Source: Antedon mediterranea (taxonomy: Eukaryota; Animalia; Echinodermata). Taken from it: 64,000 nucleotides of DNA. A model generated the notes under the pieces. The model was not told where the DNA came from. It saw nothing but the letters and a program-made list of their open reading frames with translations, and searched no databases. Positions 1 to 12,537 of the stretch are shown in pieces. The stretch spans positions 11,651,812 through 11,715,811 of the forward strand of contig NC_092675.1 in the NCBI RefSeq assembly GCF_964355755.1, given 5' to 3'. Position numbers and translations under genes: made by a program. Each line of letters opens with the position of its first letter. Position 1 is the first letter of the stretch.

Positions 1-135
1 TGCTGATCTGTCTCGCTAGTCAGTAATCATGGGGACCCAATTGTTTTTGCATATATAAATGCAGTACAACTGCTACCCTATCAATAATGTAATCGTCAAT
101 TGGTAAACAAAGTCTGTAGTGCAATCATAGGTGCA

Positions 136-250
136 TGACGATGAATGACTTTGCGACGATCACCTAATGACGAACAACTTGAGGACGAACGACTTGAGAA
201 CGAACGACTTTGAGGACGAACGACTTAATGATGAACGACTTGGGGACGAA
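136..250. repeat. short tandem repeat, ~15-16-bp unit (GAGGACGAACGACTT)
   Basis: About 6 degenerate copies visible. Confidence 0.7.
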
Positions 251-343
251 TTTTGAAATTGATTTGTACCACCACTGATTTGTATAATATTTTCAACATT
301 TATTTATTGCCAATTTTTGTTGGCTTCCTTTTTTCTTCTCCAG

Positions 344-459
344 GAAATATTTGAATTGAAGCGATCAGGACCTAAGAGTAAAGTTAGAGCAGAAAGTTTG
401 TTTTCTTATGATACAGATTTAATTGAAAATCGAAGTGCTATAATCAACGCAGCAGTCAG
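344..459 (+). CDS. PREB: PREB/Sec12 coding exon (first in window; N-terminal exon upstream of window)
   Basis: Polypyrimidine tract + cag|, translates EIFELKRSGPKSKVRAESLFSYDTDLIENRSAIINAAV, then |gtatg donor; ends phase 2, matching the next exon. Confidence 0.8.
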
Positions 460-534
460 GTATGCGTGATACATATAATTTAAAATATTATTTGTACAAT
501 GCTTCTTTTATTTGTTTTTAGTCTTCAGGGACAT

Positions 535-735
535 GGCCAAGGATTAGCAATAGTGAATTAATCACTGTCCTATCAGGTAGGTGGTAATCCCTCTGACACG
601 GGGATTTTTTTATGAACCAGTTCACCTGTGTAACCCCTACTCGTCTCAAATAATGAACTGAGTTTTTTAAAGTCCACACAGGCAAACCGTATACACTGGA
701 CCTACGGTTTATAGTCCTTAAATGAGAAGACTTTT
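535..735 (-). mobile_element. Deu/Nin-domain SINE fragment
   Basis: Reverse strand reads taaaccgtaggtccagtgta...gagacgagtaggggttac; homologous to 15475-15700. Confidence 0.6.
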
Positions 736-1282
736 TCCATCACTAGATGAATGAGTTGTCCTAGAACCCTAGCTATGAAAAAGAACCAATTTCCACCAGC
801 AATTTTGTTTACCAACACAGATACAGGTACAGTACCATCCAGAAAACATGTACCATACCCATGCAGTTTTTCTGCAGACAAAATTTGGACAAAACGCTGT
901 TAATTTAGTAATGATAGGACAGCATTCACTCACTCAAATGTTACGGCATTGAGTAATTCATTTTTCTGGTGAACTGTTTATAAATGGGCTTTTATTTTGA
1001 ACCTCTGGAATGACGTTTCATCAACAAGACAAAAAGGCCTGTCATTATTACGAAACAATAACTATGTGTTTTTAATTTAAAACGAATCTGTTTGATATTC
1101 ATTGAATTGTCTTTTCCTGTGTTTTTTGCCATGTGTGATCTGATAATTTAATCGGCAAAGTAACTGATTGTGATATTAAATTACATTTCCAATTGAAACA
1201 CATCGCAGCTTGAAGTATCAAATTATTATTATTTTTTTTTTGATGAAGTTTCTTTTTTTCTAAGCCAAAAAAAGTATTGTTA

Positions 1283-1332
1283 CATACCACTACAGTTTCA
1301 ACCTTTCATCGCCGGTAATCGTCAGGTGAATG
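1283..1332 (-). ncRNA. degenerate minimal type-I hammerhead ribozyme (Penelope-type)
   Basis: Minus strand cac-CUGACGA-uuacc(ggcgaugaaa)gguu-GAAAC-U-GUA-gug; stem I cac/gug, one-nt stem III loop. Confidence 0.55.
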
Positions 1333-1341
1333 AGCTAGCCG

Positions 1342-1631
1342 AAGCTAGTTCGAATCATCGGTAAGCATTCTCCGATGACGTGCGCCCTCTGTGGTGTTAA
1401 GAAGTCTTCTCCGGGTTCTCTCTGTTGGTGTAGAAGGTCATCATAGATATGTGACGGCTCGTATGCTCCTACGTCTCTATTCATGGTGTGCTTCTTTCTT
1501 CTGATCCAAATGGCCTATATGATGACCTTCTACACCAACAGAGAGAACCCGGGGCCCCCCGTAGAAGACTTCTTAACACCACAGAGGGCGCACGTCATCG
1601 GAGAATACCTACCGATGATACGAACTAGCTT
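1342..1631. repeat. ~105-bp inverted repeat, probable tail-to-tail Penelope pseudo-LTR remnant
   Basis: 1342-1446 is the near-exact reverse complement of 1516-1631 (one short indel); adjacent to a hammerhead core. Confidence 0.7.
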
Positions 1632-1889
1632 AAGAATGATGTTTTATTTAATGATAAGAAATCTTTTTGTATGCGTTTCTGTCCTCGTACTTGCAAACTT
1701 AAGGTAATTCTATTACTAAACTTTTTGGTAAAAAACTTGTACTCTTATGTGTGATTGCAGTGATTAGGCCGACATTCAAAGTCAGTACAGATCTTTGTGT
1801 ATTAGAAGCAACTCACTCAATCGCAAATTTATGAAATGCTCTACCAATGTTCTACCAATGTCGGACTACTGTACCATACTAATTGCATC

Positions 1890-2143
1890 CTATAGGCAAG
1901 ATGCTTTACTCTCATTGCCTCGTCCTTCGGATGGGATGTAAAGCCGTTGGTCCTGTGTACTTAACAGTGCACGTTAAAGAACTTGGTACACTATTCGAAA
2001 AGAGTAGGGGATTGTCTCCCGGTGTGCTGATCTGGTAGGCGCTGCACTGCTGGCTGCCGTGGGTCCGTGGAGGGCCTAATCCGAATTTCCTCAGTTTCCA
2101 GTTAAGCTTGAGGACAAATATGAATACCTTTACCTTTACCTTT
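1890..2143 (+). mobile_element. Deu/Nin-domain SINE with (TACCTT)n tail
   Basis: ccttcggatgggatgtaaagccg...cacgttaaagaac...cactattcgaaaagagtagggg...cccggtgt resembles the Deu domain; tacctt x3 tail. Confidence 0.7.
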
Positions 2144-4450
2144 AATGTTAAATGTTGTCTCTTTAGATCTTACTGTATTAATATGTATTGTGCAGCCCTT
2201 TGGTGTAACTATCGTATGAAGACTATTAGATCTCTTCTTCTACAATAATGCTCTGCACCGTATACTTAATGTATCTAGAAGTGGTAGTACCAGTGCAATG
2301 TTTGTTGAACATGGTGTCCCTGCCTTTAATGAGTAATGCGAAAATCTGCCTATGGTTTCATGCAACGTATGTTGAATAGTGGTAACATCCTTGTGTTTAC
2401 AAACATACTCCATAACTCCAAAAAGATTGTAGATGGAGAAGCATTCTATATACGATTTTTCTTTTTCTGTTTATAATAAGTTTTTTAATATGGATGATAT
2501 TTCCGAAATAAAAAGAAATTGAATTGAATTGAAAATAAACATATAATATAACTGGACAATTATGACAAAGTAGAAAGAAAATCAACAAACATTATTAACC
2601 TTTATTCAGAATAAAAAAAGCTATCCAACGATACCAACAGTACAGTATTTGGTGAAATTGCATGTTGACCTTTTGACCTTTTAATATTGGTCACATGATT
2701 TGTTTTATTGTGCTATAAAACTATGCGTTTATTGATATGGGTGTAATGAAATAAAATGATCAGTATCACATTCCCTTTCCAATGATACCATGGATGACTA
2801 ACGCCCGTATTCTTAAACCAAACTTTAGTCGTAGTTCCAGCTAAAACTTTAAAAATTACGTCATTTTAATTCATAAACCGAACTTCAACTGAATCGCCTA
2901 ACTAAATCAGGCCAACCTCGACTAAATCGAGACGGATTTTGATCGATTTTTTTAGTCGTCGAGGGGGCAGGCTAAATGGTCAACTAAATGGTATTTAAAC
3001 GAGGTTTATAAAAAATGTAACAGTCATTGAGTTGTTATATTGGCCAGATGAAGAATGAAATATCTATTTTTATATTAGCTTAATTAAATATACATTGGTA
3101 TATGTTATAATAATGAAAATCATCTTTATTTACAACCGTATACAAATTACATTATTTTCTTCGCGCAAGTCCGACTTGAACTACGTCACGTCATAGCGAC
3201 AATGGGGAGATGCGGAAATTCACCACGCGATGGAATGTTTAGGGGGCTTAGCGTTTTCTTTTCACGCTATGAAGTGCGTGGTTCGTCGCGATCATACTTT
3301 GATGGAGGCCTAGAAAAAATGAAAGTTACCGTACCACCATGGTTCCTAAATATATTTTGAAGATTTTGTTTGTTGTTAATCAAAAGTACTTTACTGTTAA
3401 ATTAATACTGGAATCTTGTTCTAATAATTAACGATTAAAATTATTTTGCATGTATATAATCCTGATGCGTAAAAAGTTTTGTAAGAAAATGGAAAGTGAT
3501 ATCAATTCGCAAAATTTCGTCTGCTCCCTCAAATACTCTCTTGTCATTGGCCAATGTATAGCCTTGTTACCCAGATGTGTGCAACTCGACTAAAAGCTCG
3601 ACTTCATTAAGTCGAACTGCAAACTTTGACTACTTCTTATATGAATCAAATTTTAAGTAATAGCTCGAACTACGACTTTTTCAAGTCGAACTTCGAACTA
3701 CGACTGGGAGTGAGTTTAGTGTGGAACGTCGGCCATTTTGAAATACAAAATGGCAGCTGAAGGAGTGGTCGAAAAAATGGTATCTAACTTTTATTGATTC
3801 AGCATTTCAGGAATAACAAAATTAGCTAAACAAATCTTTTTTTGGCACAAATATCGAGCTGGAATAATAATAATCCTTATTTGTAAGTTGTAACCAGGTT
3901 TGATCTCCCGACTTATTACACGTTTTCACACATGCATTCGTAAACCTTGTGGAATCTCGGAAGGAAAGAATAGTTGCGCGCTATTGGTATACTATGATTG
4001 GTCAGTTAATACCAGGGCAATACACACGCATGCAGTTAGAACTCGGAACGTCTCGAAACAAAAACACAGGCCTCTTGTTGGTGTGTTTTTCTCCCTAGAT
4101 TTCACAGGGGTGCACTGTGCAATCACAGGGAATTTTCCCGAAAATTGTCTTCCTGCTATGCAAACCTGGTTACAAGTTGTTACATTTTGCAGATGTGAAA
4201 GGATATAAGGTGAAAGGATATAAGATGAAAGCTTGACCGCACTGTTAAATTTATACAAATCCTCAACGATTTTAAATAATTTTTTTCAAAACAGTAATAA
4301 CAAAGTGAAATTCATTTTTTACCAAAATTAAAAAGCAAAATACTTGTCTCCTATGGATCCTTCAATCAAACCCACATGCTTCACAAACATGTGCCTGAAT
4401 AGAGAGGCTTGATAGCCATTACATAATGGCTTATTTTTTTTTGAACACAG

Positions 4451-4572
4451 GGTTGATAATGAACATGGATATGTGATGGCATGTGGAATGGATGAAAAAT
4501 GTCAACTATTTACTCTCAAGAAAGTAACAAAATTACAGAAAGATGTATCTAATGAGGTCTTAGAAAAAAAAG
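4451..4572 (+). CDS. PREB: PREB/Sec12 coding exon
   Basis: cag| (R)VDNEHGYVMACGMDEKCQLFTLKKVTKLQKDVSNEVLEKK |gtaac; resembles the PREB AAGQDAHCQL segment; phase 2 in, phase 1 out. Confidence 0.85.
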
Positions 4573-4739
4573 GTAACATTTTATTTATTTATTTTTAATA
4601 GATTTTTTTTCTTCTTCTCCATGATCAAATTTCAGTCCCTTCATTTGGTATAATTAATTTTTGTATAAATTTATTTAATTTATAATAAATGTATCCATGA
4701 ATAAGAATTTGTCAAAAGATTGACTTTAAAGTGTAGATG

Positions 4740-5371
4740 TGCAGCCAAGCTTTTTGACAATATTAGAGCCGCATAGCGTAATTTATGCGCGATTTTATGA
4801 ATTTCTATGACTGATCATAACTTTAGAACCAATAAATATCTTTTAATGAAACTTAATAAAATTATAATTCATATCATATATTCATATCAATTTCTGTGGA
4901 GTAAAAAAGGTGTTTTCACAGAATTCGTGAAAAAAAATAAATTAATTTCTAATCAATTTTACGTACATTTCAGGTCATTTTGAGCAGTTCAAATTTTTTG
5001 AAATTGTTCACGTTTTGCGCACATAAATAATAATCGTGTGCTAAAGAATAGGTAATTTAATGCAAATTGGTGCAAAAATATACCTATTTTTAATCAGTTA
5101 TAGCTCCTCAGGATGGCAGGTTGCCTCATTTTTTTAATGTATTATGGAAGCTAATGAGTTGTACAATTCATGTACAATTTGTACCTACAGGATGTTCTGA
5201 CCTCACCATATGGCAACTCAAATTTTAAAAATAGATTTGTTTTCTCTTTTGTATTTAGTAAATCCCATTTAATAGAGCGCGTCGCGCTGTTTTACCCATT
5301 TTCTCCTAGATTTTAATATCTTTCACATGACCAAGTGGGATCGGCACGCAAGATGCATTAATTGCCATTCT
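4740..5371 (+). mobile_element. Helentron/HINE-like element fragment truncating the 5' end of the DIRS element
   Basis: Shares blocks with 31.9 kb (aattaatttctaatcaa...tcatttt); abuts the GC-rich gag. Confidence 0.45.
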
Positions 5372-5997
5372 TGTAGTGAGGAGGCTCCGTGCGATATTTG
5401 TGTCCGGTGAACGCCTGCGAAGTTCGCGTCGCTACCTAAGCCTCGGGATCGTGTGGAGGTCACTGACTCCACACCGTGTGTAACTCAGGAAACAGTTGTT
5501 AGTCAGCCTACACCTGCACGTGAGAATGCTCCTCCTGTGATGCCTGCCTCCGCTGCAGCTGCGGCCGATCCGGATGTTTTCTCCCCGGCGGTCATGCAAG
5601 CTATCTCGGCAGCGGTGAGAGCGTTGCCTAGGGAGATGCCCTCTGCAACCTCTCCTCATACTGGCCCTTCCCAAGTTCCGTACATCGAACTTCGGCCCCC
5701 GCCTCAGACGTCTGTGTCTGAGGGCCCGTCCATCGTCAGAGGGTACAAGTCCGATTTGACGATGGTCACGCTCTCTGATGAGGAGCGCGCGGGCCTGCAG
5801 GCATTAGTGCTTCGTACTGTCCCGGTGGTACTCGAATTTCTTGGAGTCGACTACGCGTTTAACGAGCCAAAGCCCGCAACATCGTCGAAACGTTTTTCGA
5901 CGTTCGGTCTACGCATGCCGCTGAAGAGGACCTCCACGTGCCCGGTTGTGCCCCTTGATCCTGAGCTTATAGATAGGATTGAGCTTATAGCTAAGGA

Positions 5998-8900
5998 CCC
6001 TTTGCAAAAAAGCCGTATACGATCCGTATACGCTGAAAACGTATACGACGTATACGGATCGTTTACGATTTCATTGCTTACATTATTTCCACTCTGTTGC
6101 TCCACAAAGAGTTGGCGTCGTATACGTTTAGCATACGTAACGTATACGTTGTTTACTTATGATAAGAATATCGTATACGGGACGTATACGAATCATATAC
6201 GAACAAACTAGGCCATTTTATAAATTATAATAGCAGTAATGAGTAGAATAGAGCTAAATAAAACATTTAAATTGTCATTACAACAAATACGTACGTAGGC
6301 TCTGGCCTAGGGCTAGGCCTCTAGCTAGCACCAGCCATTAGATAGGCCTAGTCTAGTAGTATTAGTTATTAATAAGTAGTAGGAGCTAGAACATAAGATC
6401 ATATTTATTTCTATATTTATTAGATAGCCTAGGCTACCGATAAAATTCAAACAACGTTTTTCGCAAGTAAATAAAGTACGCTAAACAGGTATACTACTAG
6501 GTAGGCCTAGAAAAAACAAGGGGCCATTTTCACAAATCGACGATGCAGTTTTCCTTTATAAAATATGACAGGTCAGTAAGTGCAGCCGCCGACGACGACC
6601 GAGCGTCGCTCGGTTGCCTACAGTTCCAACTCGTGGTCGACTCGGCTCCCTGGTGGCCAATCATGCATATCATCGGGTGAATCATCGGGTTCGTCGTTCT
6701 CAATTCGTCACGCCACATGCGAGCTTTGGGTGGTCAAATTACATCGTTAAGTTAAGCGATATTATTCCGCGACGTGTGTTGTAGCAATGGAGATGGAGTA
6801 ACAATAATTCGGCAATGCCGAAGAGGAAAACCATGACCCAAAACAGAAGTAAGGTCATTATAATAATTATTATTTAACGATGAATACATTCGGATTTTGA
6901 ATATATATAAATTTTATGAATTATGAATTATATATGAATAAAAAAAAAACACAATTAGTGGTGATAGTAAATACAATTATATCGAATATCAATTTATTCC
7001 CGGTAGCGAACAGATTGAATTGCTTTCATTATTTCTGCTTGGTGATTAAGAAATCATAAAACATATCTTTCTTTATTTTCATGGTATTCCAATAATTGTT
7101 TTAAAAATAACTACCCTCAACTTTAAATAACAAATTAAATAAGTCTACTAAACATTGTTGATTTCCCATGGACCCAACAATACCCCAACTATTTCATGAA
7201 TAATTGTTTATTTGTAACCGTTTATTTGAAATCCTTGTCCTTTGTTAATTCAATTGTGTGACAATTAAATTAGATTGTACATGCTTATGCTGTATATTAT
7301 GTACAGTCCTGATTATGTAAAAAGATGATTCATGGTATATATCAGATTCTTAAAAAAGATCAACACTTTGAATTCTTAAAATGTGTTCTATATCTTTATT
7401 TGGAGTTAGACTCGTATTTATTTTATTTATTTATTTATTTGGAATTACACCTTTAGATCGGTGGCACACTTAGCACAAAGGTGCATCCTTCACAATATAA
7501 AATATAACAATTAACAGAAAAGTAAAAAAAGGCAAAAGCAACTATCAACCCCTATCCTACCCCCCCCCCCCCAATTTACATCGATACATACAGTAGATCA
7601 TTACTTTACACAATGAATACAAAACAAGATATAGTAAAAGTGTATAAAATAAAATAAAATCAGCGGATAAACACAGCTTATTACGAAAAACCCCCAACTC
7701 CTCCCCCCCCCCCCCCACTTTTTCTTCAATTTACTTAATGTAGCAATGTAGATAACATAGTTATTGAGTCATGGAATTCAGTGAATCATTTCGAAATTGC
7801 CATGCTTGTTTTAGGTATCTTTTACAAAAACTATCCAAAATATTTTCACACTCTTCATCAATTAAATTATCTGAGTATCCCAAAATATATTTAAGTTTGT
7901 CATTTTCAGGAGAAGTATAAAAAGTATCAAACATATCTTTGCTGCCATTTCTATACATATCCACATATAAATTAAATAATTCCTGATTACGTATATTATT
8001 TAAAGCTGGACAATTAAGGATGAAATGATGGATGTCTTCGTCCGAATTTGTACCGCACAATTTACATTTTTTATTATTATCAATATTCCAATTTGCAGTT
8101 CTATCATTCAAAGGTAGAGTATTTGAACGAGCTTTAAATTTTAATGCAGCACCTTCAAAATTAGTTTTATCAATTAAGTAATTTTCAAGTCCAGGTTTTG
8201 ATTTTAATGTTTCATAGATGTGGAGACTTGATTTATTTTGTAATTCAATTCTCCATTCATCTATCATTATATAGTTAAGTTTTCTTAAGATTTCAGAAAT
8301 TGGAAAGTAGACTTCTTTATAATTTGAGAGAGTGGTGAAAATATTTTTGGATTCACAATTACACTTCAAGAGAATATCGTTTATACAAGATAGAAACTTA
8401 TACCTTAAGTCTTTAAATTCACAATTAAGTTGTAGCATTCCAATAAACTACATTCATTAAAATGATAAACAAATAGCCGGCAGGCGTGTGTACAGAGGGG
8501 GCTTATCAATGATGGAGGCATAAAAATGGGGGCGTAGGGTAACATTTTACCAGGGAGATGTAAAATAATTATTTAACAAACATTTAACTGGTTGGTTTTA
8601 CTGCGTTCGCGTACAATTTATCATTTGGATTTTTATAAGTTATATGTAGGTTATGTTAAATTTTATTTATCAGTGACAACTCTAGGAAATTTACAGCAAT
8701 TAGTTCTGTATGCCTAAAATAGTAAAATGCTCTAAATAAAAACGTCGGAGCTTCTTTTTTGTATTTCTGGCTGTTGAATGTTTTGTTATCACCCCCTAAC
8801 TCTGCAACGATGATATCCATAATGCATCGTATTTCCATTTCACCGTTGTTGATATACTACTAGCTAGAGTAGGTTATTAAAATAATACAATATAACCAAA

Positions 8901-9997
8901 TCTAATATATGGGGGAAAGCTAGCTAGCTTATTTTCACAATGAGTGTACCACAGACTCTTTTCCTTGGCGTATTTTCCCCAGGCCTAGTTAACTCTTAGT
9001 TTACTAGAGCTGCTGCAGTAGCTATATACTGCATATTCGATATATACAATTACAATATGCCTATAGCCTAGCTAGCTAGAAGTCATCGAATTTACTATCT
9101 ACCTGGGCCTACTGTAACTAGGCCTACATCCCATTTTTTATTTTTTTTTTATGGTGAGTCAACAAAACCCGTAGCCAAAAAATCAACAATGATGATTGAA
9201 AATGAATGAAATCTGATCCATCCATGTGATGCATGCATGCAGCGCACATAAACACAGGCACGCTTTGGGCGAATTTTTTTGGATCATTCCATATACTGTA
9301 TATAATAGGGAGCCACATGTATTCTACATTTTTATTAAATCGTAATTTGTGGATTTTACTTACTCGTTTTAAATTTAATATACTGCGGGCCCAATTTAAT
9401 ATATACTTATTTATTTCCAAGTACATTAATATTATTTAAAGCACTTTCAAATTAATAACAGCACATTTTGTGTGATTCACTTATTAATGGAACATACAAA
9501 AGGTAAAGAAATAGCAGAGGGGATAAACAAGGCAGAACAGCCTGGGTGGGTTTTTATGCTTGCTAGAAAAACAACGTCTAGTAAAATACAGCACCAAATT
9601 TTCATTCGCGAAAACTATGAACTAAATCATCATAGGGAATTTAATGTACATATACCGACTGAAAAAAAACCAAATTGTACACTAATTATTGAAGTCAAGA
9701 TGCTCCTGCGATCGTAAACGTATGCTATCGTCGTCTTGTAAAAAGAGGGACAGTCCCTTTTCGCTTGGTAATACGATGCAGTTTGTATACACGCGTCGTC
9801 GTATACGGATCATATACGGATCGTATAATTAGGAAATTGTTTATAAATGATCGTATACGGTTCGTATATGTTTATTATGCGGGCAGGAACTTCCGAATTG
9901 ACGTATACGTTTCGTATACGAAGTGGACTTCCTATACGAAACATATACGAAACGTATGTAAATCGTATACGTTCGTATACGGTTTTTTTGCAAAGGG
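5998..9997. mobile_element. non-autonomous EnSpm/CACTA-type (CCC...GGG) DNA transposon, 4,000 bp
   Basis: TIR CCCTTTGCAAAAAAGCCGTATACGA / TCGTATACGGTTTTTTTGCAAAGGG; 2-bp TSD GA (5996-97, 9998-99); dense CGTATACG subterminal motifs at both ends. Confidence 0.85.
7417..8438 (-). mobile_element. 5'-truncated non-LTR retrotransposon (RTEX-like C-terminus, CCHC zinc finger) nested in the CACTA-type element
   Basis: ORF ...KSSLHIYETLK...ENYL...CKLC...EDIHHFILNC; 3' UTR with G-runs and a (TAAA)n tail at ~7417-7440. Confidence 0.8.
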
Positions 9998-10769
9998 GAA
10001 CCGAAGATTCCTAAGCCTGCGCCGTTTGTTCTCGGTGCGGCCTTTCCAGTGCCTACTCAACAGTTTGAACACTATATTACGGCGCCCGTCATTCCGGACG
10101 CCGCTAAGGGACGGGTCCGCGAAGAAGACCAAGGCTTAGACGCAAGTAAGTCAAATTTTCTTAGTGGCGAGCGCGCTAGGTCTGAGGAGGTTCTGTCAAC
10201 TGTTGACAGAGCGACCCGCGAGACGATTCGAGCTACGTCGATGGCGGGATATCTTCTTTCCTTTCTGGCGGATCCAGAACACCCGCCTCATAATGATCCG
10301 GATATCGTTAATTTGCTGCAGCAAATCATGGGCTTGGTGGCCGATCAGCAAACAGCTATATCGCTCACGGCATCCGCGGCTCGCCGCGTGAACGTGCTTC
10401 AGTCTACGGACATCGCTCAGGCCGATTTCCGACGCTTCACGTCTGTCGACTCCTTCGGCGCCCGTGATCTATTCTTCGGGTCATTCTCACATAGAGAAGA
10501 CAATTGGGCGCGGGAGAGGGAAGCTCGTCGCGAGACTCGAGCTAAGTTTCCAGCTAAACGTCAGGCGAGTCGACAACGCTCTAGATCAAGGTCGACACGA
10601 CCGCCTCCTCCTCTCCCCGCGGTACTGCCGCGTGCACCCGCACCCGTTCCCCCTACACCGGCTCAGCCTGCCTTTCAGGCTTCGACCTCCTACCCACAGA
10701 ATAACAATCCCTACCGTGGTGGTGGAAGAAGAAGCGCCCGTCGAAGCTCGGGTAATGCGAGGCGCCGGT

Positions 10770-12537
10770 GACGCCCTCGGGGCGCCCGTCCTCACAGCGA
10801 TGGTGGGGGGTCGCCTACTACGGTATGCGCGGGTTTGGGAGACCCTTACAACAGACAAATGGGTTCTCTCTACCGTGACGCACGGGTACGCCATAGAGTT
10901 AACGAGTCCGCCGCTGTGCGGCGGTCCTCGACCAACAAGGGTTCCATCCGAACCCGTAAAGAAACAGGCGCTCATGGAGGGCCTTTCTGGACTTCTCCGC
11001 AAAGGAGCTGTGGTGCCGGTAAACGAACTCTATGCGTCTCCGGGACACGAGTCCACCGATTGGCGACCCATATTAAATCTGTGAAGTCTGAACAAACGGT
11101 TCATCCGTCCCCGCAGGTTCAGAATGGAGACAATACCATCCATCCTGCTGGGGTTGCGGCGAGGTGACTGGGCGGCGTCAATAGACTTGAAAGACGCGTA
11201 CTTTCATGTGCCTATTGCGGAGCAAGACCAACGTTGGTTGCGCTTCCGGATTCACGATCGTGTTTACCAAATCGTCGCGTTGCCGTTCGGGCTGTCCAGC
11301 CCCACGTGTGTTCACACGTCTAGTCAGGACGCTTGCGGCATTCTTCCATCAGAACGGCATATGCATCTTCATGTACCTGGACGATTGGTTGATCGTGGCC
11401 CAGTCTCGGGACCTGCTACAAAACCATCTTGCGCAGGTCCTCCTCTTAACGGAACAGGCAGGGTTTATCATAAACCTAGAGAAGTCGTGCCTTCTGCCGA
11501 CACAGACTCCGGTTTACCTCGGTGCAGAAATCGATCTTGTGACGGGCTTGATTCGCCCCTCACAGGAGAGGGTACAAGAAGCACGACTATCAGTGCAGTA
11601 CCTAGTCACTTGTCCTGCGCCAACGGCTTACGACTGGCTACAGACCCTTGGGTACCTGGCCAGTTTCGTTGCCTTGGTTCCGTTTTGCCGGCTCAGAATG
11701 CGGCCTCTACAACTGCATCTGCTGGCCTTGTTCCATCCAAATTCAGACTCTCTGCAAAAAGTGGTTTTGTCAAATGCGTTCATCCGAACGCATCTCGACT
11801 GGTGGCTCGCAGAGGGCAGGTTGACTGGGCAGACCTATTCAAAGGTCCATTCTGGACATCCGTATAGATACGGATGCTTCCGAAATAGGCTGGGGCGGTT
11901 ATTTACCGTCCTCAGAAAGTCGCGTCTCCGGCGTTTGGTCGCCCGTAGAGACGTGCGCCCACATCAACCTTCTAGAGTTGTGTGCAGTCGAGCGCACTCT
12001 GAAAGCACTCCTGCCCCGCCTGGCGAACCAGCACGTTTTGGTACATTCCGACAACACCACGGTCGTGGCTTATATCAATCGGCAAGGAGGCACAAGGTCC
12101 CCAACGCTGTGTTGCCACACGTGGTCTCTACTGATGTGGTACATCAGCCACAACATCACTTTGACAGCGGCCCACATAGCTAGCAGGCCGACTGAATGTT
12201 GTTGCGGACAGTCTGTCCCGACCGGGACTGCGTCCGACGGAATGGCGCCAACTGTTGCCGGCCAAATATTTGACCACTTTGGGCGTCCCCTTGTAAACCT
12301 GTTTGCGTCGTCAGTCAACACGCAGTTCCCGACGTATTGCAGTCGCGTCAGGGATGCTCAGGCGTGGATGGTGGATGCGCTGTCCATTCCGTGGAACGGT
12401 CTATGCGCGAATGCATTCCCGCCGATTTTGATCATTCCGATCGTCCTGACGCACATTCAGCGCCATCATTGCCGAGTCCAGCCGTGGTTTCCGCTGATCA
12501 ACAGTCTGCTCTACGATCAGCCCCTCCGTCTTCCGGT
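10770..12537 (+). pseudogene. DIRS pol (RT-RNase H-MT) with a stop, frameshifts and deletions
   Basis: Spread over ORFs 10464-11084, 11124-11867, 11206-12183 and 11978-12664 in different frames. Confidence 0.9.

Larger units (their letters stand above)
5372..10771 (+). pseudogene. DIRS gag, split by insertion: 5372-5997 joined to 10000-10771
   Basis: Removing 5998-9999 gives the continuous frame ...ELIAK-E-PKIPKPAPFVLGAAFPVPTQQFEHY...; one stop at 5408. Confidence 0.85.
5372..12537 (+). mobile_element. decayed DIRS1-like retrotransposon (gag, RT, RNase H, methyltransferase-like domain; tyrosine recombinase missing)
   Basis: GC-rich; gag Cys motif CSEEAPCDICVR*; RT motifs VGGRL, WRPILNL, IDLKDAYFHVPI, ALPFGLSS, YLDDWL; RNase H DASEIGWGG, HINLLEL, SDNTTVVAYINRQGG; MT-like LFASSVN...VDAL...W...AFPP. 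Confidence 0.92.

Noticed and set aside
2800-3720. Possible Harbinger-like MITE (agtcgtagttc / gaactacgact inverted motifs)
   Set aside because: Termini and TSD too eroded to delimit
5998-6211. C-terminal part of the 252-aa ORF as real protein
   Set aside because: It is read-through into the inserted element's TIR and subterminal repeats
10000-12537. GC-rich island as bacterial contamination, horizontal transfer or a restriction-modification gene
   Set aside because: Fully explained by DIRS gag/RT/RNase H/MT motifs within a spliceosomal intron
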